DNA of 60,400 nt, filler included, from Rhabdomonas costata (taxonomy: Eukaryota): NCBI GenBank assembly GCA_019059605.1. It is 12 parts of 12 records of this genome, joined end to end, with 100 filler letters (N's around TTAATTAATTAA, not from the genome) between each part and the next. Parts side by side here need not be neighbours in the genome. Positions count along the whole stretch, not along the records: positions 1 to 4,983 come from JAHMHO010000118.1; positions 5,084 to 10,024 come from JAHMHO010000119.1; positions 10,125 to 15,070 come from JAHMHO010000120.1; 9 more parts are not named here. One strand, given 5' to 3'. Each line of letters starts with the position of its first letter. The stretch's first letter is position 1. A program made the translations under genes and the position numbers. This document shows positions 1-10,599 of the stretch, one piece after another. A model generated the notes under the pieces. The model saw only the letters and a program-made list of their open reading frames with translations, was not told where the DNA came from and did not search any database.

Positions 1-360
1 GGTGTTTGGTGATCTTACCAACTACGAAAATCGTGTTTTCTCTCTGTGAAAATACGATTCCCACAAAAAATTGAAATGGCTTCTTTGAACTTGAGGTTGT
101 GCAGAGGGCTTTATTCGACGCCTATATTGACCAGAGTCTTCGCTGCAGTGCTTTGTGCTTGCCTGCCCTCGGTGGACAGGAAGGAAAACCCGAACGACGA
201 AAGAGGAGTGAGCGCCGGGAAGGGTAGTTGCTATCCCCGCTTTCATGTGTCGCGGTAGGATTTGGTGTGGTGCAGGGGTGTGGGGGTGGGATTCGTTGGT
301 TGTGCCCCCGCTCCTTGCGAAGGCCAAAGCGGAAGGATGTACGAGGACGTTCGGCAGAGA

Positions 361-623
361 GCGAAGCGCAGCGACGTGAAGGGGCCCCATGAGCGCGTAG
401 CGAATGGGGATAGAAGGTCGAGGAGCGTAGGGACGAGGACGTAACGGGTATTCTTCTTCAACCGGTCGGTGAAACGACCGACAGATTACCAACAAGGAGG
501 AGCGTAGCGACATTGAGCGCAGCGAAAAGGAGCGTAGCGACGACCAACAAGAAGAACATGAACAGGAGGGGGAGCGCAGCGACACCGAGTGGGAATGTGA
601 CGCCGGAGGAACATGAGCGTAGC
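361..623 (+). repeat. Cluster of GA-GCGNAGC-GA motifs (DNA mini-hairpin array)
   Basis: Perfect GCGNAGC heptamers start at 361, 366, 395, 502, 517, 532, 574 and 617, all on the + strand. Three are spaced exactly 15 nt apart. Confidence 0.85.
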
Positions 624-799
624 GGACCGTTGGTGACGATTCTTCAACATCCCTGACGTCCTTCGCTCCCCACCTTAAGGTGTACGCTCATTCCTATTCC
701 TAGCTACGTCATCGTGGTTTACTAACCCAACAACGCATCCATGTTTCACTAACCCATAGAAGAGGTTGATGTTGCATGTCGGGCTCGGCGCCATCCACT

Positions 800-1000
800 T
801 CGCATCATTCCCTCTGCTGGGGTCTGACTTCAACATCCACACGTTGGGCTGATCGGGTTGTTACACCGTTGCCTCTGTGGGACATCATGCCAACACCACC
901 TGGCAGCAGTCTATGCCTTAACACAACATAGGTGGGCTGATGAGGCTGTGACACCTGTGCCACCATGGTTGCTGTGCCAAGACGCACTACAACAGGGCAT
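800..1000 (+). mobile_element. Possible degenerate tyrosine-recombinase C-terminus (YR element remnant)
   Basis: Broken frames give FNIHTLG*SG and QHRWADEAV, loosely matching the HxLRxG and GRWxS motifs. Stops and frameshifts are present. Confidence 0.25.
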
Positions 1001-2424
1001 CACCATCATAGGCTCACAGAGTCGGGAAACAACTCCTGCCACCAAGGACGACGCCAACAATGGCAAACTGTCGTGTGCAAGTGGACGTCTTGAGCCGAAT
1101 TAGACACAGCAAGCTGCTTAGTCCTCAGAAGAAGCGCCCGGTGCGCGGTCAAACAAGGTTGTAAAGGGGAAGGCGGTTTATTCCCCTTCCAAGTGTTTGG
1201 GTTGAAGCGGAGTCGGTGCAGTTTGAGAAGCGACCTAGAGGGTTTGACGGGGTGGCCGGTCGCGACCGGGAGCCGTCGAGAGTCCACCGGCTTGGGCATA
1301 TGAAAGGAGTAGTTGCGGCCAGGCTCTACCAGGACCTCAGCGAAAGCGCGGCCAACACTGTGTAAAGAAAGTCTTCTCACCTATGTGCGTTGACAGCGCT
1401 CACAAAGAGAAAGCTTTGTCGGGAGCGTTTCGAGTGGTCTACACGGGGAAGTCGCGAGAGCCACGTAATTGGTCCGAGCCCGCCGTGCCGTCTGACGGTT
1501 ACCCCACACACACTTTCCAACACGGGAAAACACATCAGCATCCACATTTTTTTCTAATAATTTTCATTGCGCCGTCAAGTTCATGCTTATTTGTGTTTTT
1601 GCGCGCTTAACCTCACTGCTGCACCACACCTTCACGCGCGTGTGTTTCTCTAATTGTCTTTTTGGACTCATCTCTCATAACCAGCTCACAACCGGCAGCC
1701 CAGCAACCGCAATTACATTCTCCAGTAGCATTGACCTGATGCTCAAGAATACCAGAACACACTTGTACTTTCACACTTGATCACTGCATTGCTTTTTGAT
1801 GCAGTTTTAATGCACTTCTCCACATTCAGTTGCGAACGGATTCTGTTGGACATACCCTAAAACACCAAGTTTCCTCAGCCACTAGTGTAGGAAGGTATAG
1901 CGGTTATTTTAATGCCAACGTTCTTCTTTCTCGGAAACACATACTCACAACAGCACATAGTTCTAACCACATTTTCACCTGAAAAAATGCACGTTTGTAC
2001 AAATAACATTCACGGGTATTTCTATTGACAATTTCTCCTGTATTGCTACTATATCTTTGTGTTGTTGTGGTTTACTTTACGATTTTGGTTTTCTCTGGTA
2101 ACGCATTTCCCTAAGTTCCGATTTGTGTTTTTTTGGTTCCTTCAACGCTTTTGCTTTAGACTGGGAAATGGTTTAGACTGAAGTTGAAGTCTTTGTCAAA
2201 ATGTCTTATTGCCTGGTAAAATACCCGTGCATATATTTGTCAGTGTGATTTCAACCCCCATTCCACTAGGCTTTGGCTACAACTTCCTCAAAAAACATCA
2301 ACGTTTGGTGAAATGATCAAAGCGCCAAGTTCATATCGTTAGGAATGAGGTCAGCTACGTGATTCACTACATACATGTGTCGGGCGTATTGCGAATGAAT
2401 GGAATTTAATCAGTACCAACAAAG

Positions 2425-2501
2425 CCACGCGGTGCTGAAAGGTGACACGCTGGTCACGTGACCCGTGGCAAAGGAGACACGTGACCCACGCGGTGCTGAA
2501 A
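2425..2501. repeat. 16-bp direct repeat CCACGCGGTGCTGAAA flanking two CACGTGACCC copies
   Basis: Copies at 2425-2440 and 2486-2501. Perfect palindrome GGTCACGTGACC at 2452-2463, second CACGTGACCC at 2478-2487. Confidence 0.8.
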
Positions 2502-4983
2502 TATAATGAACCAGAGAAGCATAATCAAACACGAGTCGAAGTTGATTTCTGAGCTATGAAATCAGCCGCCAGTGAAGACTCAGAAACAGACGACATTGCC
2601 GATAACCCTTCGATTATTCGGTGAATTTCTCACCACTGTCCAATCTGCCTGCCATCTATTTAGAGGACGCATGGTAACTCTCCGATTGAGATCGCCAGCA
2701 GAAGCTAAAATCCAAAATGCTAATAAATATGTCATCCTCGCAGTTGAGAATGCAGCTTGACATCAAGAACATTTGCTACATAAGAAATGTTTACTCAAGC
2801 CGCAAAGCGTTCACGTCTAAGGAGATAATTGAACTCAACCAAGAGCTCGACCATCTCTTCCAGAAAATCTGCCTTCATGTCTTCCCATTTTCAGTTCTAC
2901 ATATCACAAAATAGACACGGTTGTGAACGCCAAAGTTCCATATCAACCATTCTACAGCACGTCACCACTTGAATATCAAAAACAAAAGCAGCATAAACTA
3001 ACTGATTTTAAATGCATTCATACAACCGTTTCTGCATACGTAGCAGACATAGTTTTTCTTACACGGATAACGCCAAAATTAGCTTTTGTGTTAATTACCT
3101 GCTTTTGAATGCAATCAATAAAGTATACGCGTACACCTACCAAAAGTTGGTGAAATGAATGAATGACCAGTTGTGGAAGTCCTGCAACTTCAAAAAGCTT
3201 GATATCCACTCTGGCTTTCAGCAAATCCGAGTGTATCCAAAGTACGCACTGCAGTGGAAGTAGACTTCGAACATTTTCTTGAAACGGTTGATAATACGTC
3301 AGAATTACTTCTGACACATCTTCAGAATCCATTTAACCCACCACGCGAGTGTTTTTCATTGGAAATGTGCAGCACAAGCAAAGTTATTGGATGTCCACTG
3401 CGGGAGGTTCTTCGCAGGAAGATGACTCCGTCCAACTTAATCCCAGCGCCTCGTCTCCACAATACAGTCTGATGATACGCATACAATTACCGTACAATCA
3501 TTGTAACGCGCTTCACAGCTCTGCACAACAACACGCTATCTCCTTGGCATCGTGTGACTTAATCTCACCTCGGGATACCGGCTCCCATATCATCTCCAGC
3601 AACAGTTTTGCCTATCAAAATCAAACCTCCGCCTTTCGTTTCAACCACCTCAGTGCTTCTCATCGTCTTTTTTGATTACTCGGTTTTTCTCTGGTGATAT
3701 TAGTTGATGAAGTTTTCAATGTGGCCACAGTAGTGAAAGGTACAATTCTGCTAGAGTCGGTGGCCTCCGGCTGCTCCGCTAGTCTCGGTATCGAGATGTG
3801 TTCCTTATGTCTCGTCCTTATAGCGGTCCAGATCGCGGCATCGTTCGAAATCTTTTACCGGTAAATTGGGCGCATCTCGGCGAGGCGTGTATCCTTACAT
3901 CTCAATTCTTTCCGCGGTAGTGGATACCGCGTACTCTCTTCTGTCACGTCCACTGTCAGTACTCACGTGTCTTTGAAGTGCACCAAGCAAATGTCCTGGA
4001 ACAGCTGTTTACTGGAACGTCAGGTATTGGGTTTCTGGCGTTACTTGGGGTGTATTTTAACGGCATGTAAAACAGACCATGGCAGCTGAGCTTTCATGTC
4101 TGCTGCTGCAACGTAGAGGTGTGCAAGTTATTTTTGTCTTTCCTCTGGTGCTTAGGTGCGTTATGCAAATGGATGGCGAGGCAATCTCTCTCTTCAGCTA
4201 GGCTTTTTGACCACCTCGTGGTCAATCTGCAAACCAATAAAAGTGAAATGGATTACGAGCTTTGAAAGTGGAACCTGGTGACTTGACTCGGGCTCCGACT
4301 GTTCACGGGGGATGACTGGTGACGACTCTGGCTACCACTTTTGCCTCTCTTTTCTATTCAAGCAGGCTTGGAGTTACGCAGCACACACGCAGCAACAGTT
4401 CATTCACAGCAGCGTTCAAAACCACAACTGCGATCCCCACACTTCTGCCACCGTCTGGGTTTTGCGCCGGCTCTTTTCCTTCGCGCTTCTCCCTTGCAAC
4501 CTAATTACAACGAAAATACAACCAAAACAAGCACAAACAATGGAAACCAAAGACCAAAGACCAAAGACCCTTTGCTCACGCTCTTTCCATCCTGTTTCAT
4601 TTGCAGACAAACAACTCTGACCAAAAAACTGGTCCAGAACTTGAAAAAACATCCTTCGATGCGGTCAATTTTCTTCTTTCGATGAAGTCAACTTTATTTG
4701 AATTTTCCACCTGTGACATTTATCATAATCTTCGGGATTTCACAAATTTTTCTGAATTCATTGCAACTTTCTTGTGCAAAAACTCCTTTTCAATGGAACA
4801 CTGCCGCTTTACTGCAATTCTTCTGCCTTTTGCCTTTGGCCCGCGGCGATTTCTTACCGAGCTCCGCTCTTATTTCGTTCTTCCATTTGAACTTCTCTTC
4901 TGCTTGGAATCTTTTCCTCCATTGTCATTCTCCCGAGCTTTTGCACCACTTGACTCTCAGGGTCGGCCCTATCCCCAAAACAA

Positions 4984-5083
4984 NNNNNNNNNNNNNNNNN
5001 NNNNNNNNNNNNNNNNNNNNNNNNNNNTTAATTAATTAANNNNNNNNNNNNNNNNNNNNNNNNNNNNNNNNNNNNNNNNNNNN
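4984..5083. other. Artificial contig-joining linker (N44-TTAATTAATTAA-N44). Equivalent linkers at 10025-10124, 15071-15170, 20210-20309, 25255-25354, 30294-30393, 35334-35433, 40371-40470, 45392-45491, 50391-50490, 55403-55502
   Basis: A 100-nt spacer with a six-frame-stop core recurs about every 5 kb. Flanking contigs are of similar length and unrelated content. Confidence 0.98.
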
Positions 5084-6158
5084 TGGTTTTGTACGTTCCC
5101 ACACGGCTACCCGTTTTGGGCGCCCGCAGCACACGCCTGCAGCACAATCGCTTTTGCACACAATGGGACAATTTTCAAAAGGAGCGATCAAAAGAGGGGC
5201 ATTTCCCAAGGAACGGCACCGGGCCCTCGAACGATCCGCGCTTGTAACGCAAGGCCGCAAAGCCCACAGGAGACCTTGGGCAACCGCGTTTGATGGCTTG
5301 TGTCGGTCGCTTGCGCTCGTGGCGTGCGGCTGGGGACTGCCGCGGGGAAGCTGCAAGGGCTTTCTGAGTGCACGCGACATCCCGCGCCCGCGCTTCAAGC
5401 CTGTGGGCCCAGGTTAGTGGGGGGGCAATCGCACGGAAAAATTCAGGGGCAAAAATTCGACGTAAAATTTTCGAACCACGTACCCACCCCCGCAAGAAAA
5501 GTTTCAGTTTTGGGCCCGCGGAAATTGCCGAACGAGCTTTTAGGCCGATTTGAGCCGAGGTGGTTCGGGCTCTTGGTGTATTTTTGTTTGCCCTAAATGT
5601 CATGCTCCCTTTCAGCTCTGAAAGCTGCGCTAAAGGCCGAAACTATGGCACTTTGCTTTCCGAGAAAGTCAGAGCAGTGCCGTAGTAAAAATAGCCCCCC
5701 CCCAGGACACTGCGCGCAGCGCCCCTAATTGTTTGTCTTTGCAGCTCCTGTTTATATTTGGTGGTGCGTGTGTTTATTTCTGCGGTTTGAAAACAACAAC
5801 TCACGATACTTTGGTTTTCTGTAGTTTTCCGCGCAATCCCATCAAGGGCGATCACGCAGGAAGGTCTTTGTATCAAAACGCGATGCGGAGAAAAGCACAC
5901 CCTTGGATTCTGGTGACACTGCGTGAGTGCATATCAGGCTCTTCAATGCCTAACGGAAGCCCAAGAGCTGCCATGCACAAATGCATTGACCGCAGCTTGG
6001 GTTCGCTTCCATACAGCTGCCGCACGCAACAAATGGAACTACTTAAATGGCCGGGTGTTGTCTAAAGCAGAACAGCGCGGTCTAAAGAATGGTCAATGCC
6101 AAGCACAAAACACACAAATCATACCGTGTTGAACACATACAAAACACAGGAAAAAATG

Positions 6159-7781
6159 TCACATGCGCTTCTGGACGTAGCCGTACAATTCCATTCCGGA
6201 GAGCATTAGGTAGTAGAACTTGGCGTGGGGCTGGACGTGCTGATTGGGCCCCGTCATCAGAATCCGAAACCTTTGCGGCAGTGGAATGAGAAGGAGCACC
6301 ACAGTGAACCCTTCAGATATAAGGAGACCAGGCGTGGGGCCAGGTGTGGCTGCCTGGATTGTAGTGGTGCAAGTCTGAATCGGGATCCCCATCTCCGTCC
6401 TCGGATCCAGCCACCAAGATCATCAGGAGGGATAGCGATTGTGTGCGAAGGCCGCATATGAAAAGGCCTGTGTGATTCGCAGTCTGGGCATAAGACCTGT
6501 GCAGTCGGCTCCCAACGAATCCCAGAAATGAACTCTCCCACTTCTGCCGCCATCTCCCGTCTCCGTTTCCCCTCCAAACCCACACAAACGCACCGATTGT
6601 AAAAGGTGTAGCAGTCCTCAATCGACCACGTGAACACGCTCCCTGCACAAACGGCCCAGCCAAGAGAGAGAACGAGAGCTCCTTGCTCCATTTGTCCGGC
6701 TGTCCCTTCCTTAAAAAAATTCGAGGAAGGGGATAGCAACTAGTCGCACCACAGTGGCAATTTGTGTTTGTCTTGTAGTCAGCAAGCGTACACAGGAGAA
6801 CAAGGTGCGCGTGCGTGCGCGAGAAAGAGAGAGACAAAGGATGTAAAATTGAGAGGTGAGATGAAGGCGGAACGCTGCGGGGGGTGGGGCACAAGACCCC
6901 GGGAGGGCAGCAGCCCAAGGTCCTCGTCGTGCTTCCTCAGGGTCGTCCACTGCTGCCCGTCGTTGCTGCCCTGGAACTCCCAGCTCTTGAGGCTGTGGCC
7001 TGCAAGCACACGAGGCAGTTTGATAGGGCTGCAGCTGGGACAGCAGCTCCAAATAACAGGACAGCACGGGACACGTTTTTCGGCGAAATCGCTTCTGCCC
7101 TTTCTGTCGTGTACCTTTGTGGTATAATTTGGGTTTGCAGACAAGAGCGGAAAAGTTGATGCAAGAAGAGTTAGTGAACGACAGAAGAGGAGAGGAAAGG
7201 TCCTTTCATACATGGGTTCACCAGGCAATTCCGGAGGGTGTACGCCGTGGGGCAAAGCGCATACTGCACCCCAAGGTGGAGCTGCAGCCACGAGCCCTGC
7301 GGACCAAAGCACATTACATGCTCAGGACCTCCTGCAACGCAGCAGGCCTTACTGCCTTTCACAGTACCCCGGAAACGATCCGAACAGAACCCAAACCCCT
7401 TAAAATCGTTAAGAGATGTGCATCTCTGAACTTTACTAGGATAGCGAGGAAGTGGAATATACGGGGGAATGACGAACTTCCCCCACACACATCGCAGTCT
7501 GTTTCTGTTTCAATTTCCTCTTCTGTTTCCATTTCAATTAAAACAAATTGAAACAACAAACATAAAAAATCAATCCCCGTTTCCTTTCGGAATGCACCCA
7601 TACCATGTAGTGGAGAAAAGAAAGTAGCCAAAAGTTATGTGTCGAGAGGGAGGACGTGGGGGGTAAACAGAACCTTCTCTGACTTCGACATGAAGGTGAG
7701 GTGACCGTCCTTGATCGAGCCATGGTTGATCGCGTGGTCTGGCCGCCCAAACTCACAACTCGACGCGGTGACCGTAACAAG
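6159..7781 (-). CDS. F5/8 type C (discoidin/galactose-binding-like) domain protein, 3' part. Exons 7674-7781, 7212-7296, 6898-6999, 6594-6642, 6159-6270
   Basis: Phase-consistent GT-AG splicing gives VTVTASS..GSWLQLHLG..CPTAYTLRN..HSLKSWEFQGSNDGQQWTTLRKH..RFRILMTGPN..YLMLSGMELYG, resembling the HECTD1-type discoidin domain. The 5' exons were not resolved. Confidence 0.8.
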
Positions 7782-10599
7782 CTGCACAGAAAGGATCACG
7801 TAAAACCACACGCAATCACACGCCTGCACATTACTTTCATAAAAAAAACATCGCCGTGAGGATAACTTATAAGAGTGTGAACTCGTTTTTTCCTGGGAGG
7901 AGGGGAGGGAGGGCAAATGGAAGGCATGCACGTGTACAGTTCCGACACAGGCGTTACTACTGGGTGAGCAAGCGCAAATATCGGTTTGTGGTGCCTTCAG
8001 ACAAAAATGGGCACAAGCTGTGGCTTGTGGTGCGCAGGAAGGTTTCGGTATTGACTCCGAACCACAGCAGTAAATGGAGGGGATAAGGGCTCAGGGGTCA
8101 GGGAAATGTGGTCTAGCTGCAAGCACGCTGGAATTTTAAATATGACAATAAAGCTGTGTGTTTAAGCCTAAATAACTATGAGAGATGAGTGGATGGTTAG
8201 TAGCTGTAAAATGACTTATGAAGCTTGGCTCTCGCATTTTGGAGGTCAAGTGTGTTTTAATGGGCATCGTTGACACTTACAGTTGAATCGGAACGTTAAC
8301 TGCCACTAAAAACGCGTGAAATAGTGAATAAAACATGACCGTTATTAACTCTGATTTGTCTATCACGATGTGACATACAAGTGCCAACGCAAGTTCTTTC
8401 GGTTTTGGAAAACTGGTACGGAATGGGTGAGTTTTCATAACGTCCACCGACTCCAGTTCATTACCACATCTTTTTGAAAGGCTATAGTGATATTTTTACT
8501 GCAAAAATATGTCAGGATAATCATCAAAATAGCCACATGGTAGGTTTGCAGAAACATGACAATGTATTGCTTCTCTAGTGTGCATTTTAGCAGACAAAGT
8601 TGCACGTTGTTTTCTTGTCATCGAATGCAATCACATACTCTAGGAAGAATACAGACGCCCACAGGCTACAGCCTATGGTCTCCGTTTGAGCGAAATCAAT
8701 TGTAACAAGTGTGATGCAGCGGGGTGAAAGCTCGACGTCGTTCGCTAAATCAGTATTTGGGGCGTCAAAGCATCCAAAGCGACATACTAGAGTGTATTTT
8801 CACTGAAATTATAATATGGATTCGGCGAATGTATGCTGTGGCCTCTCCACACATCAACCGCAGCAATTTGGAACACTTATATACAATTTATACAACCAAT
8901 CTTACTGAATTCTTGTAGGAAAGACAATCAAGTGAGAAGAGATTTAGGATTAATGAAAACGTTATGAACTAGCAAGTTTTTTCAGAAAAAGGAACACAGA
9001 ACCACAGCACTAGAACGCAAGTAAAATTTGATTAAAAGGCAACATTAAGTGGAGACGATGAACCCAGCCGCTCATGAGTTGAAAAAGCCATTAGTGAGGT
9101 TCAATACGTAAAATGTCAGTGAATATGCCGAATTTGCTAAAAAGCTTGAAAAAACTAGAATGAGTGGCAAAAGATGGCCACAGAGCAGGTGGGTGTTGCT
9201 ACGGAGTACGCTTCAGAGTTGTTAGTGGGGTAAAGCGGCGCCAATAAAGATTAAGAGATTAAAAGGTAGTATATTGGCTTGAAATGCCATCAGCAATCGG
9301 AATGTAAAATCTAATTAGTCCTTCATTTTTTAAGAACGCTGAAAGAGGAAAAAAGCTTTCCGGGCCTCCGCATCCGCTACCGGTGTTGTTTGAGCCCGCG
9401 ACAGTCAGCCAAGTGGATTTCGAATCACTCGTTCACAAACATGTGGCACACCATCCCGCACACATCACTTTTGTGCGGGCCCTGTTCTGATTGCACTGAT
9501 AAGAATTGCGCCACGTCAGCGCACTTTTCAGCAAAAAGAATTCGAACCCTCCCCCCTGCCACCTATTGGTCAATGTCACATTGGATTTCGAAATGTCCCT
9601 CCAGGCCCTACACTTTTGGGCACCCAACGGCGGGGGACGCGGAGGAAAGAGGCACGAGGTACCAAAGCTTTGTTCATGTTAGACACTGTTTAGGAGTTTT
9701 GCCATATTAATGGGAAGCGAAGCAAACCAAAAACAAGTCCGGGAGGTTTTGATGCAATTTTGTTTACAAGTACTGAATATAACCAACCACGTTTTTTGTT
9801 ACAGCCAGGACTCTTTCAGTGGAGGTCCTCCCGGAAGGTGGAAAAGAGCAGCATCTTCACGTCGCAGACAGTACTTAAGTTTGCCTTATTATTATTATTA
9901 TTTAGCTTCTTTAGCCGAACCAACAATTTGCAATACTTTAAACACCGAAGAGGGTCTAAAAGGGAACAAATAGAACTTTGGGAGCACCGAACGCTATCAA
10001 GAGGGCTGAAAATGACCCAAAAACNNNNNNNNNNNNNNNNNNNNNNNNNNNNNNNNNNNNNNNNNNNNTTAATTAATTAANNNNNNNNNNNNNNNNNNNN
10101 NNNNNNNNNNNNNNNNNNNNNNNNGGTTGTGGCTGATATCAGTATAAAATGGAGCAGGGCAATGGACCATTTGGTTCCAAATATTACATATCCGTTTACT
10201 TGCCCCAATCGCAATCCAGGAAATTCCGCTTCTGCATCAACGAAGGCTCCAAGTCCCCTCAGGTTTCCGGGTGAGGGTGTGGAATGAGGCCCGGAAGCTT
10301 TCGCCAGCCGATAGAAGTATGCGCTTGATGCCAAGAACCGGGCACCTGAGGATGGGTTCCTGTCGATAGGGCGGAATTTTCAGCCTTCCCCAGTTGTGCG
10401 CCGATTCTGCCAACGCTGCGGAATCGATGAACGCGCCCTGCCACTGTTTGCCGACCTGCGCTGACCGTGGGCCAGCGGCAGCAAAAACAAACCTTCCGCT
10501 GCCTTGTTTTATCCATTCAAGAGTTGTGTTTTTTTTTCTACCGGACGCCGGGGTCTTTTCTTTCACGAGAAAGAACACGTTCACAAGGCTGAAGAGAGA

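Noticed and set aside
1141..1500. Group II intron (GTGCG start at 1141)
   Set aside because: No convincing domain V/VI and no interrupted host gene.
5028..5039. TTAATTAATTAA recurring about every 5 kb as a biological repeat or CRISPR-like array
   Set aside because: It is always centred in N runs of fixed length, so it is an artificial six-frame-stop linker.
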